Source: Eutreptiella sp. 'Long Island Sound 2002'
Taxonomy: Eukaryota > Protista > Euglenida
Assembly (NCBI GenBank): GCA_964036045.1
Contig: OZ038378.1
Span: 146,134,001-146,198,000 of the forward strand
DNA: 64,000 nucleotides
Reading direction: 5' to 3'
Shown here: piece after piece, positions 47,169 to 60,700 of the stretch
Position numbering within the stretch: position 1 is the first letter of the stretch
How the letters are laid out: each line of letters begins with the position of its first letter
The notes under the pieces: generated by a model
Seen by the model: only the letters and a program-made list of their open reading frames with translations
The model's database searches: none
Told to the model about the DNA's origin: nothing
Translations under genes and position numbers: made by a program

Positions 47169-49789
47169 GCGTGGCGGGAAACGTCTGGAAAAGACAGGGC
47201 AGGTGTTCTTCAGGGTGGTGGAATGTGTTGAGAATACACGAATACATGCACAGTGCGCATGGAATGCTTTGGTATTGCACTTCATTTCAGTGGTGCCAGT
47301 AGGCTTCTTGTGGATGCCACCCAAACACACCACAAGGAATCGGAAGGAAATGGTGTTGCCTCTGGAGAATTATTTGCACCGCGTGCGCATCGTGTGCTAC
47401 TTCTGCAGCAAGTGCACCCAGAACAGCCTGATTTTTACCCTTTCCCAAAATGCCCCTGAAGGAGAGCAATTGCTCTCCTTCAGCTTTGGCCACAAAACTT
47501 GCATAAACACCCCCTCCTTCCCACAAAGATAGCACAATCAAGAGCACAATACCATTGGCACCACTTCAGAAATCTTTGACATGCTCGTTGGGGCCATTTG
47601 CGGTCTCAAAATAAATATATCCACAGAGGTGTCAGGCGCGAGAGAACAAATCCAAACGACAGCACAACACCTTTCCTATAAATGTTGCCAAATAGCCGCG
47701 CCGCGTGTGTGCCATGTGTGTGTGTAAGGTGCTCCCCCTTGTTTTTCTTTGTGTTCTGGACTTTGTAAATTTTGTTGCCATTCAGCCATGTTTCTGTGGA
47801 ACACAGTCTGCATTTTGTGCAAAACTCCGTTGAAAATTTTTCTCCCACTATTGTCACGGAGGGGAATCTAAACACTTCGGTTTAGCATCCACACTGCAAT
47901 GAAAAGGTAGCCCCCCCTCCTCTTGCACAAGCACAGGCCAGGCCATGCACTTTCATGCATATTGGCAAAATCTGTTTCATTTGGCCTCCTCATGAAATGT
48001 GCCAAAAAGTGTGGGTCTTATCGCATACCCCCCCGGTCCCGTTGCGCCATTCTGCCCTTGAAATGTAACCTAACGATTACTCGCAATCTGCAGGCAATCA
48101 CCTGCTTGTTGCGCAGAAGCACAGCACTGTCAAACATGGGTCTCCTATCTGACGATTGTTTTACTCAAATGATGCAGAATGGCACCCATCCGATGGAAGA
48201 TCCTTCCCGGGAAGATGGAATGCTTGTCTGGGTGCCCGTTTTGATTGAGCCTCACACATGCCCTATTGGCCCCCACTCGACAACCCAATGGCCTGGGTTG
48301 TTTGATATTAGCATTGTTTTTTTTTCGTTTTCTCAGGCTGTGATTGACAATTTGACCCCAATGGAATCTAAGGGAATAGCTGAGTTGCCAATTTTAGCTA
48401 ACCCACTGTGGGATCTGAACATAGGGTGGTATGAATGTGCCTTTGCCTTATTTTGAAGATGAGAAAATTGGCAGAAGGTTGTCAATCAGCAATGGTTGTA
48501 ACTTAGCCTGTTTGTTATGGGGGGTTACTTGGACTCAGACACTGACAACCCCCCCGCCGCCTGAACTTTTTGGGCCCTGGCAGTGGGGCCGCAAAAGGTC
48601 AGGTGTGGACCCGCCACTTACCTCCAGCCACGCCTGCCTGCACACGGCCTTCATCGCCTTCTCAGTTCATTGCTTGTCCGGCTGGCCATGTAATGTGCGA
48701 TGGCATAGTGTTCTTCCCTGCATCCTCCCTGGCTGGGGCGAGAGACAAAGCCTGTTGATTCTGGGCATTATCACCTGGTCACACCTGGGCATCGTCTTGA
48801 GTTGGGTCGTGGCTTTTGCTTGTGTTCCATGTTGGCTTGCCCCTTCTGGGGTTTGCTTGCTGTTGTGGGCTTCACTCGGCCACCCACCTTGCGAATGTGG
48901 CTTACCACGGCATGGGGAGTTGGGGAGAGGAGGGGTGGTGGGGGGGCAGGGGGGGGGGGGGGCGGAGGAGGACCAGTGACTCAGCTCAGTGCTGTCCACG
49001 TATTTAGGGTCAGCTCACATGAGGCTCCCTAACCAAACCTCCATGCCCCGCCGCGTACATACTGATTGAGGGATTGTTGCAGGCTATGGCAGGTCCCTTG
49101 CGAGACCCACCGGCATAGAGCCCCTGCTCACCCTGTCCCACAAACACCCCGGCCATGACCTTGACAGAATGCGCCCCAAAGGGCTCGCCAACACACATGT
49201 TGTTGGGCTGCCCTAGGCAAGGAGAGTGCAAAGCCACTCCACATGTAGGTCTTGCTGTTTGGGGTTTCCGACGTCATATAAAGAGCGACACCCTCCCTAT
49301 AAAACCCATTGCTTGTGCAATGCAGGCCTTATAGATTCCCAGGCATGTACGTCCTCCCCTGCGTGACACAACCCCTGGACATTGGGGAGATCTGACCACC
49401 AGGATCATTGGCACTGACGTTGTGACCGACTTCGCTTTGTTCTTTGCGTGACTTGGATGTCGTCAAAGCAGCTAAACCTTTCTAGGTTTCAGCGACTAGA
49501 TTCATGCTTGTGCCTGTTTGTGTTCGCATCATGCTCTGTTTTTGGTTTTTCAAGCTCAAAGCTTCTGTGCCCGTAATATCAGTCTTGTACTAAGGGGGAA
49601 TGTTTGCCCGGCGCGCGCCCGGCGCGCTACTTTTCTATTAACTATCCCGACTTCAACCCCAGATTTACCCTCTCATGGAGAAGCCCCCCAAGTAGACCAC
49701 GTTGCACTGCACACCTTCCCTACAAAGCACGTTGCATAATAAAGCAATACCTGTGAATTCAGCAACTCCAACTGTCATCTGTATTGTAC

Positions 49790-50175
49790 TTAACAAACAA
49801 CATTGGTCCCACAAGTGTGGGTGTCAATACATTCAGTACAATAGTGCTCCTTACACTCATCATAAACTGCGACAGTGGAGCGCTTACGGCAACAAAACAC
49901 ACACACTTCTGCCTCATCCTCTGCCTCATCTTGCGTGCCACAACCGAGCAAACAACTGCTCAATGTGTGCCCTATACCACCCGTGCACGTCATTGTAACA
50001 TCGTTGGCGGGCTGTCAAAGTGCCATTCTTTCTTCCAATGAATGGCACAATGACATGAATCCGGCCTTTACAAGCACCATCATGGCCCCCAACTTCGAAA
50101 TCAAAGAAATCACCTCGGGTACGAGAAGGTCCATACCCATCCCAAATCAAAACATCTGATGTCCCGGGGGCCAAG
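49790..50175 (-). pseudogene. PIF/Harbinger (IS5-like, DDE_Tnp_4-type) transposase C-terminal relic plus Cys-rich tail
   Basis: LIWDGYG...IVPFIGRKNGTLTARQRCYNDVHGWYRAHIEQLFARL, followed by CVFCCRKRS...ECKEHYCTECIDTH. Confidence 0.6.
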
Positions 50176-52729
50176 GGGCAAATCCATATAAGTCACAAAA
50201 GATGCCCGGCGCGCTAACGTTCCCCCTAATGCCCTCAAAGCAGTACTAATGCCCCCTAGGGGGCGTTTTCGCACAGCGCGGGCACAGCACCAATTATTAC
50301 ATTGTTTATCCCAGGAACACCCCTAAAACTACCCACCTACAGAAGCATGCAGTCAATTCAAAGCAGCATGGGGTGCAGAATTCAGGACACTGGGATCCGT
50401 GGCAAGCATCTGACTAAACAAAAAAATCCCTGGTCCACCAGCAGGGGCTGTAGGGTGCAGAATTCAGGTCCCTGGGACCCATGGCTACCAGTGGTGGAAA
50501 ACGGCCGACTTTTTGAACAGCATGCGCACAGCGCGGCCACAGCGCACGGTGCGCCCCCCTAACACTGGGCCTGTACTAGATAAATGGTTGGTATGTACTA
50601 GGGTAGAGGACACCACCCGGACGCTTCATGGACTCGACAGTATAGCATTATCCTCTGAACTGCTGCATGCTGGGAATGTCCAGGGTCTTTTCCCGGGCAT
50701 GAGGCATCGATGCGGTCCATCAAATATTTGCCATCTGTTGTTGAGTCTGTCCAATTGTCCAATCGAATACAGAGCTCGCACATACCCCCGTGTCACAAGC
50801 ATATGGTCATCGCCACAATTCTCTCTGTGCCTTGTCTCGCCGTGCTGCACCGCAGCGCAAACCAGACCAGTGCCGAATGTTGCCTTGAGTTCACTGCACG
50901 AGGCGGCTATCGAATGTTTCTTGGGCTGTCCGGGTCAGCTCTCCCCCACCCATTGGCGCCGGTCAGTCATCAACCATGCACATTGCGGCTTGTTTCTACG
51001 CTTCCCCACTCTCTATGGCTCACCGGCCCTTTTCCTTACCCTGTCTCCTGCGGCGCTGACAACAGCAACACATAACAAATAAGGGCCACTTCCCCCACCC
51101 TTGCCCCCTGCCCAACAACCATGTCCTTGGCCCATTCAAGGACAAGCGGGGTGCCACTTGTCCTTGGAGAGAAGGGGGGGGGGGGGGTTCTGCACACCCG
51201 ACTGCACCACCGCACGGGTGTCCACCGCTCTAAAAATATCGTCACTACGAGTTTGTTTGGTGATCGGTGACCCTCCTGCATGATCTCACAGGTCATCACT
51301 GCTCTAATCATGCATTCCTGGGGTCCTTTGCTGCCCCCAAAAAGGGGAAATGAGCCCACGGCTAGGGGTGAGCAAGAATCTAAACGTTGGGGCGGGGGGG
51401 AGGGGGGCTTCTCCAAATCCTCCCCTATGGGAGGGCTCTTTGGGCCGGTGCCCAAAAATAACCTGTTCCATGATTTCAGACGAAAATTCTGGACAGCAAT
51501 TGTGCAACAAGTACAGGACCCATGATTGTAGAATGCTTTGGTGCCGCAGGGGTATACTACAGGGTGGCATAAGGTATTTGGGTGACCGTTGTTCATTCTT
51601 GGAGGGTTTTGGATGTGTGCTAACCATTCGTGGAGGGTTGTGGGCTTGCACCATTGATGGTGCAAGGAAGGGGGGGCGTAAAAGTGTAGCAGGAGGCTGG
51701 TACGTGGGCGGCTTTCGTGCCCTCCAAAATGAACAACAGGATGAGGATTCAAAGAGCACACAAAACTGCCAAATAGTGGCCAACCAAGTTTGGAATTCGC
51801 TAATATTACAGACCTGGTGTTCCATTTTGAGTCAACCATGTTACAACAACACCCTGTTACACAGGTTGTCTTGTTTGAAGTTTCGCGTGCACAGCGGCTC
51901 CTTCCTGCTTTGGATGCATTCGGAGTCCCATTTCCAAGTAGGCCTACGAGGTTCAAAACTGTATCCTTTCGCTTGTTGCTTGTTGGGCAACGATTATTGT
52001 GCTGAGTCATGCTGCATCTATGGCCCGTGGATTGCACAAATTGGCAAATCAAACATGAACCATGGCCATCTTCTATGCAACGCAGAGAAAACTCCTAAAG
52101 ATGGCCTGTCTTGGTGCACAAGGATTGCAAAACCCAGTCTGCGAAGCCCTGCAAACCTGAAAAATTCATTGCGACAAAGGGCGAACTGCGGCTCCCCCAG
52201 GGCTTTGGCGAGCCGAGGATTCCATGGCACCACCAACCAAAGACAAGGGCTTTGGCTAACCCATAAATGCCCATTGCAAAACCACACAAAAAACGTATCA
52301 CACCACTCACACCACGGATTGCACATTGTCTGAAAGTGAAGCAAGGAGGGCAACCAAGAAAAGGGATGCGCCATGCAGCACAAGTCAGAAAGGGTGCAGG
52401 GGCAAAAAAAAAATTTGCAATTTTTTTTGCAGATTTCATTTTTGAGAAGGGCGTGCAGCTAAAAATTAAAAACTTTTTGCTTTTTTTTGGGGGGGTACAA
52501 CAACCTTGCGCCGGGAATTCATCATTTTTGCAGGTACTTAATTTCAGGGCAGTGGGTGCCGGGCACCTTCACCTTCACTGGCTGATGCAGATGGGTTGTA
52601 GCCGGGTTCCTATTCGGGCAAGCAGCCTGTGCAGTGGCCACCAAGGGCTGAGAGCACAGAATAAGCCGAGAAAATTTTGGTCCAAGGCGCAGGGTTACAC
52701 CCCAGAGTTATGGAGACTCATTGTCGGCA

Positions 52730-53351
52730 AGTCGGTTTTCTGTTATACACCAGATGCAATTTTTCAAAAGTGCCGAAAATTGGCTCTGTTATTGGAGGTC
52801 AACACCAAGTGCAAGGTGCACATATCAATGGAAAGAAGCATTGGTGTCATGTGCATGTTTTAACTTCAAAATTGGTTTTCCGAAAGGCATCCAATCTAAT
52901 CCACTGCTTTGCATGGTCGCGGTATTCTGCACGCGGTGGAACTCTTCTATGCAAACTGGAGGTTTTCAACACATCATCAATTCACTTTACCACATTGTTT
53001 TTTTGTCCATGGAAAAGGCTATTGTACATTTCTTGAGGTGACATTTTGTTTCTGTGGACCAATAATGATCATCTGAAGACTGCTGCTTTGTTTTCTTGGC
53101 TTTGTTGCTTTGATTGATTTGATTTGCTACTATTATTCGGAAAATCATTTTGGTCTTGAACCTGAATGGGCAAGTTGTTGCACTGCGTGCGCACTGCGAG
53201 TGCACTGGGTGGGCACTGCGTGCAGTGCCGACACAATGAAACCAAGCCAAGGAGGGAGGGAGGAAACCCCCCCTGCATTTATGCAGGCATCACAAAGGTT
53301 GTCATGTCCTTGGTGATTGGTGGCCGTGGCCAAGCACAATCTACTATTGCG
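52730..53351 (+). pseudogene. Possible decayed CRESS-DNA-virus-like Rep (HUH endonuclease + SF3 P-loop)
   Basis: FLLYTRCNFSK (motif I-like), HINGKKHWCHVHVL (II), YIS*GD (III-like), SLVIGGRGQAQST (degenerate Walker A). Confidence 0.3.
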
Positions 53352-55256
53352 TGAGTGTGTTGGAAGATGGTGGCAGCCTTTTGGGGACATAGGTATTCTG
53401 CCTTGACCCCGTTGAGGCCCAACTTGTAGCAATATGCAGCACTATGTGGGCCGTTACTGATAAGCAATGCTACTGATTCGCGATCACCCGAGAGTGCGGA
53501 TGGAGGGTTCAAGTGCTGGCTTATAAAGAGAACCCAAAAAAGACATTGTTTCCTAGAGATAGCAAGGCAATGACCATGAAGTTGGAATGCGCTTCGGAAT
53601 GTGTAACAACCCACTTGCCGATTTGTTGTATCGTGAATTTACACGACGTCCAGTGGTTCCCCATCATCATAATCCACCATCCACCTAAAACAAAGAACGT
53701 GCAACGAAACTGCGTAAAAATGGGCTAAAATGGCTGAAAATGGGTGAAAATAGGTGGCAATTCAAATGCGCCACATCCTCAATGCACAAGAAGCGTAAAA
53801 AAATCTGTTATGGAACAACCAACTGGTGAAAAAAGGCCAAAACTAGGGTTCAAGTAGTTGCCGACATACAAAAGTTTGCACTGCGTGCGCACTGCGGGCG
53901 CATTGCAGGCGCACTGCGTGCACGGCATTCCCAATGTATTTAGGAGTTGATCACGAATTTTCGTGTTTCATATCAGCAATTCCACTTGGATACAAACGCG
54001 TCAACAGGAGCTCCAATCCTCAAGAACAAGAGGTTACAATATACCTCTGGCAATGTTGCATGGTTGCAATGGCTAACCAAGATGAGCGGGAACGGATTGC
54101 ACCGACAGAGCAAAATCGATTGACAAAAAAACTGCTCTGTTGGTTTATGGAGAAACATTGTCGAATGCTGGCCATGACAGCATTTGTCAACCTACGGCGC
54201 ACTGTCATTCTGTCCTACTCCATACCCTGGCATGCACCTGCCAAATGGTACCACATCTGCTCCAATAGACCATTATGCCTCTGCCCCTCCCAGGGGGGGG
54301 GTAGAAAAAAAATTCCTGGTACCGGCGTACAGCTTTTTTTTCGGGGGGTACCCCCGGAGGGGGAGGGGGGTACGAAAAAAAATTCGCGCAAAAATTTTTT
54401 CCGGACCCCAAAATCTGAAATTTCCTTAAGTCTACCCCACGTGTTTGGGTTTGGAAGGTGCAAGGAGGGTATTTTTCAAAGTAACCATGCATATTTCAGC
54501 CGATATGGGTGGTGTTTGTGTTTAAGGGCACAAAGACCCCCGGTCTGTTCCGGCTGCAATGCAGCGCCCCACCCTGGCCTCTTATCGGCAGGAAAGAGTC
54601 CCCAGATAAGGCAATACACCCTATCTGGGGCGAGAAACCGAACCAGCAGCATTGAAGGACAACGGTGATTGATGTCCATTCTGGCCGTTCTGCAGGTTGC
54701 CCAAGCCTACAGTGGACCCCACAATGTCATGTCCCCATTGCCTTCTCGCATGCTGGTTGATGACCGCCACGCCACAATGGCTTGCCAACAAAGATTGGTT
54801 CTCAATGAGGCTACGGTTGTGTGTTGGTGTGTTAGTATGTCTCTATATGTGTGTGAATGGTGCACATTGTCGCACTACGCCGTTCTTGCGCGCACATCGC
54901 CAAAAAAAATTTGATCGCGGACGACATCTAAAAAGTCTGCGAGAAGGAAAAGCAAATAACACGTACAATTGAACCCAAATCTTGATGGATTATTGTTAAT
55001 TGGACCCTCTCCCTCTCATGCTTTCTTCGCCCTCCCTCGCTGTGAAACAAACAAACAAACAAACAAGTGGAACACCCCACATTTCACATTGTGTACCGCA
55101 ATTCCACTCCCGGGTTTCCACAACGGGCCACCAAACGCTGGTGGCCACGCGGTTCCACGCTACGCCCACACTCATTGCTGAGTGGGGCACCGCTAGCATA
55201 GCAAGGCTAGCAGCTCCGCTTGAGGAGTAGATGGATCGGACACAATGCTCAATGTG

Positions 55257-55410
55257 GGTGGCAGCGTCCCGCGCCAGGGGCCCCTTGTCCGCGGGCTGAC
55301 AATTGCATTTAACAAGTGTCCCCCGCTACTGGAGGTGGCAGCGTCCCGCGCCAGGGGCCCCTTGTCCGCGGGCTGACGATTGCATTTAACAAGTGTCCCC
55401 CGCTACTGGA
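55257..55410. repeat. Near-exact 77-bp tandem duplication
   Basis: Two copies with one mismatch. Confidence 0.95.
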
Positions 55411-57501
55411 GAGAAATCAATGGCGCCATGCAAAAAAAAACCCACTTACTTTTATCTCACCAGTAGTTCATGTGCCAACGTCCTACAATGTGGCAAAGTG
55501 AAGGTGGCATGCAAGTTCAAGTAGCACACAGTAAAGAAATTCCTCCTGGCGAAAAAAAATTCCTACATGGGGTGCCAGCTTTTTTTTCGGGGGGTACCCC
55601 CGGAGGGGGGGGGGGGGTACGAAAAAAAAAATTCACGCGAATTTTTTTCCACCCCCCCCCCCCGGCCCTCCACCAAACCGCCATCGCAAGGAAAGCCCTG
55701 GTCAAAGGAGCACAAAAAGCGCCAGCGGATTTCATCTTCTAAGCATCGTGACTGTTTGAACAGTGACCTCCTCCCAACCAGAGGACCGCCAGTGCAGAAG
55801 AGTACCCAGCTGCCCAGCAGAGCAGATACAACACAATGCCCACCCTCCCTCCGCATTGTCAAAGATATGGCAACACCCAAATCAATACAGTTCATACGCT
55901 GCACCCTGCACCCTGCACCTTTGGACAGGGCATATCTTGTGCATGGCTGTGCAAGTAAAGGTCACTCTATGTTGCAGTGAAATGCTGCGAGACGAGACTC
56001 TGGAAGGGCAGACCTACAGTCCGTTCTGTTGAGTTCCTCCAGGCCCAATGGCGAGGCCCCTAAGAGCCCTGACTGCCCTGCGCATTCCACCCTCTGTTCT
56101 GCTGGCAAACAGTCGGGGACCCCCATGTCACTCCAAGCGAAAATGCACGTGCCCCAACGGGCGAGAAATCAGGCCGGCCTCGTGATAACAGAAGACGCAT
56201 ACCAACAGAAATGCACACAAACCCACCGTTATTCCTCCTACATGCCGGTTGGGAATGCACAACGTCAACTCACATAACACCGCATGTGCACTAGATAAGC
56301 GTATCTTAGATAAGGGGCAGGACGCATGAGGGATGGCAGTGGCATGACATCAACCAGGGGCGGATCAGCTGGACGGAGGCAAAGCTCACCTAACATATAT
56401 AATTCCACCGACAGAGAATAGCCGCAACTCACTGCCGTTTGTGAAAAGAATGGTCCCGAAAAACGGTGGCTATTCATGACTTTGCAGTCGTGTTCTTGTT
56501 GCAACTTAAGTTCGTGGCTGCGACCCATGGCTGTGATCAACAACTCTCCAGCAATGCAGGCAGGGGCCTGCGGCGCCTCGCATCCCTGACCTTTGCACAA
56601 TCCCCACCCCATGTCGCACACTAAACGGAGGAGCAGAATGGGACACGGCGGAAATCAGGATGGCTGGGGCCACGGTCAAAGAGATAGGGGCTGTGCCCAT
56701 GCGTTCCCCAGAGTGCCCATGAAACCAGAGAGATGCCACCCCACAAAAGGGGCTGCACGAGGGTCACAAAGCGCTCCACACACGCACGTCCTTGTTGGCA
56801 CATGCAGCAACGTCCGGCATGTTGGTCAAAGGCCCTGACGGGCATCCGTGATTGTGCCATCGCCGCCGCCGTGTTCTGTCCACCTTGGTCTTGATATAGT
56901 ACAGTACAGAAAGGTGCCCTCACTCGGGTGCTCCACCGCAACCAATTGGCTTCCTTTGGTCACAAGGGGGGGGGGGAGGGGCTTTCCGAGACACCACCGC
57001 AGGTGCCCTCCGTGCCCAACCCCCAGCACGACACTGGCCCACGTCATGCGCTGGTATTCAGTGGCTCCTTGGGATAAACCCCCGTTTGCTCGCCGTCACC
57101 ATCTATTCCAGCACCATCCATCTGCGCCTTGAACTGCACCGGCCCTCCGCACGTTTCTCTCTCAGTGTTCCTTGTGCTCTCAGCCTCCTGGACAACGATG
57201 TCTGCCGGCGCTGACACGTACCCCGGGCAGGACAGTGCACAGTACCCCAGCCCACCCCACTGCCCGTTTCCTACGAGCACTCGCTCATAGCATCCCTGGC
57301 AATGGCACCTGCGGCGCGCCATGCGCCGTGCAGGCGGCGAATAGTGCAGCAATACCCGCCCCTGGCCCGGCAGGTCACAAGGAAAAATTGATGACGGGGG
57401 CATCCAGTCGAGCACGAGCACTGCCCTGCGCCGATATCCGGGGGCGCATTCCTTGTCCGCTGGTGTGAAGATCGTGGCAGCCACCGTCCAGTGCGGGTGG
57501 G

Positions 57502-57774
57502 TCAGTACAACGCCAAGAAGGACGCGAAGCGGACCAACGTCACCCCCACTGCTTTGCCCTCCAACCACCACCACAGCCCCAGCCCCGCGGCGGTCAGCAC
57601 GGCCGCGGTCACCGCGGTCCAGAACACGTTCCACCATAGCAGGGCCCACCAGCCCTCGGGGGGGCAGGGGTCGGGCCGGCTCAGGCGGTGCGTGATCTGC
57701 ACGCGGCGGTGGTAGTAGCACAGTTTCGCGAGCGTCGAGAGGTCTGCGCGCGAGCGCGCCTGCTCCCACATCAA
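57502..57774 (-). CDS. Terminal exon of a gene whose upstream exons were not located; C-terminal hydrophobic segments (WWALLWWNVFWTAVTAAVLTAAGLGLWWWL)
   Basis: GTGCAG acceptor at 57776-57775, GC3-rich frame, TGA at 57504-57502. Confidence 0.65.
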   Translation of the reverse strand: MMWEQARSRADLSTLAKLCYYHRRVQITHRLSRPDPCPPEGWWALLWWNVFWTAVTAAVLTAAGLGLWWWLEGKAVGVTLVRFASFLALY

Positions 57775-60700
57775 CTGCACAGCACAGCGTCGGCAGGCGG
57801 AGGGGGCGGGCCTGCGGTGAGTCGCTGGGCATCGGCATTCCGATTTCTTTGCAAATGACACAGCGCTGATGCGCAGAATGAGGGGTGGTCGGCTGCGGTT
57901 TCCAGGACCGAACAAGCGCACACCTGCCGTGGGCAGGGAATCGCTTGAGGGGGGGGGGGGGGGGGGCAGGGCGTTGCTTGAGCGGAGGGAGGAGGGGGGG
58001 ACGGGTCCATGGGAGGGAGCCCCCCCCCCCCGCCAGAATGAAGCATATCGGCCAGGAATTGCAAAAATGCACCACATTGACCCATTCAGCACATAAATTT
58101 GTCATAATGTCTGAACACAGATAATCAAATCATCTTTTTGGGTCCATTGTGCCCTCACCTAAACACCGCCAGGCAACACAAACAGTGCAGTGAAACACGC
58201 GCAATGATGAGCAATTGTTCCATCATCAGCATGTTTAAGGAGCGCCGATCTTGGCTGTTGATCCTATTTAGCAAATGGAACAATCGCTCGGTCTTGGCAT
58301 GCCATTACGGCTGCTTGTCTTACACAGAGTTGCCATTGGAGTGTTCAGAAACAGTGTGGAACATGCTTTCTGTGCCACGTTGTATGCCTCTTGCCTTTTC
58401 TTCCCAGTCCATCCATCTTGGAAGCGAAAATAGAGGATCACGTTTACAACGTCGTTGCGTTTTGCGCGGGGACATGGTGTCTGCAACAGAGGGAAGAAAG
58501 GATAAAGTGGAGTGACCAAAGAACCCTGCTATAGGTGCGCCGAAGGCGTGGGAGGAAAAAAATTGGCCCAAACGAAAAAACGTTCCCAGAACCCTGATTC
58601 TCAGGTAAATTAGAGCGGAGGGGGGAGAGGGGGAGGGGGGGAGGGGGTCCAAGGGAGGGAGGGAGGGGGTCCAGGGGGGAGCCCCCCCCCCTGCTGGAAT
58701 GAAAATTAAAGCAACGCCCTGGGGGGGGGGGGGGGTTACCCCCCTCCCCCCTCCCCACTGCACTGACTCTACCCCAAAGGCATTCCCATACTCCAACACC
58801 AGCCCCACCCGCATTTCCAACCGCCAGAAACCGCCCCCCCCCCACCCAATTTCACATCCCCTGTGACAGCTCTGCAACCGCTCTGGGACTGCCCCGATGG
58901 TCCCCCTCCCCTTCAAGCAAAGCCCTGGCCGTGGGTCGTGGGCCAAGCGCAATCCAATCAATGCCGACTGCCATCTTCCCTCTGCCAATGGCCGTGGATG
59001 GGCGGCCGACTGACATTGCACCGTGTCATGGCCCGTACACAGTGCGCCCCACCCCCTGACATGACTGCGCCTGCCTGGCCTGAGCCACCCAGGCACGTGT
59101 GTTCCTGCCCTTCACTGCCATCACCTCTTTTTCTCAGGACTCCAGCTGCACCTTCTCGCCCACTTGGGTCCCCCCAGCCGTGTCCTGCTCTTCCCCGTGC
59201 CCACATGTCGCGTTGTCTGCCTGACATGTGCTGCCTCCCGGCTGGCATCTCTTGCCTCATCTGACCTCTCCCCTCGTCCTATCTTCGTGCGACCCGGTAC
59301 CGCCAGCCTGTCATGTGGTTTGATCCTTGTATTTCTGTGCCTCGCATCTTGACTGCGTCCTCCGCTGACCGTCTCTTTTGCCCTCGGCAGCTCTGGGTGT
59401 ATCTTACCAGTGGCTCCTGAAAATTAGGCCTTTCGTTAGGGAACAATGGACACGTCCTCCTCTTGTATGAGGCTCTACAACATTCGGAGCTCTGCGTGGT
59501 ACTGTAGTGAAAGGTATCAGCTACAGTACGCAGGGATGAGGCATATGGCTTCCCGTGGGTCTGTTGTGCCATATTGTGCACCACTGGGGATGTTGGCGAA
59601 AAGGAGTCCCACAGGGCGAAAAAGAACACCCACAGATGCACCCATGGGCACAGGACGGAGTCTGAGCACAACAAGTGCACGAGCAGAACACCACCACGCG
59701 ATAGGGATGACTGGGATTGGCTGGAAAGGGCGCTCACCTGGACGGCTCTGCTATCCACTGATGTCGACCCCCTCGTGTACAACAGAGCCCACAGATTCAC
59801 TGTGAGCTGGGCCACCAACAGCCACTCATGCAACAACCGCCACTCTGCAAAAGGCAGTGGGTCGGGGGGTCTGAGAAACAGCGGCATGGAGGCACGCGGC
59901 GGCCACCCAACAGTTGCTGTCAATTTGTTGCCAAATGTTGTTTTGGTCAATCACCAACAATCATCCACTACCCATCAACCACCATCAGCAAAAACCTTAC
60001 GCCGCCTAGACATCAGGCTTTCCATGCTCCCATGCATCATTCTTTATCAGCGGCAGTTATACACAGCAAAAGAAGGTGCACAGGGGGCGTTCAGACTCAA
60101 ATCCTGACCTCAACCCCCCCAAAAAATTTTTTGGGCCCTGTGGGAGGGGGGGGGGGGGTACATAAACCCTGCCTTCTGGCAGAACCCGCCAAAAGGGGGC
60201 AATCCAAGTGGCTACAAAACTCGTGCTGTCGTGGCGTCCCCATACAAAGGAGGATTGAAAATGGCCACATAGCCGTCTCAAATCAGAGAAAGGTTGGCAG
60301 CGTTCATTTTTGTTTTTGGCACAGGTCGCGTGCACTTTTTTTTGGTATGCATGCCGCGTGTACCGTTTTTTTGGATGTAGGTCGCGTAACAAAATCAAAG
60401 GCGTAAATCGCCTTTTGTTTTTGGCATAGGTCGTGTATGCCGTAGCATTTTTTTTCGACATGCGACTTTCGCCCCAAAAAAAGGTGCACACAACATACAC
60501 AAAAAAAGTAAGCGACTTACGCCTGACACGTTGGAAAGGGTGCCTCCAGCCTCGGCCTGAAACAAGATTGTTCGACCTTTCTAGTTCCACCACCTCAGTG
60601 CCCCGTTGTTGGGCCGTGCCGCCCTGGCGCACAAGGGAGGTGACAACACAGCAGCGCGGGGGAGCCGGAGCCCCTTAGGTCTCCACTCAAGTGGTCCTCC

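Noticed and set aside
51036-52333. Long overlapping ORFs (338 and 327 aa) as genes
   Set aside because: No codon bias or recognisable motifs; probably decayed element sequence.
59400-60107. LINE endonuclease remnant
   Set aside because: Only vague resemblance; no diagnostic APE or RT motif could be reconstructed.
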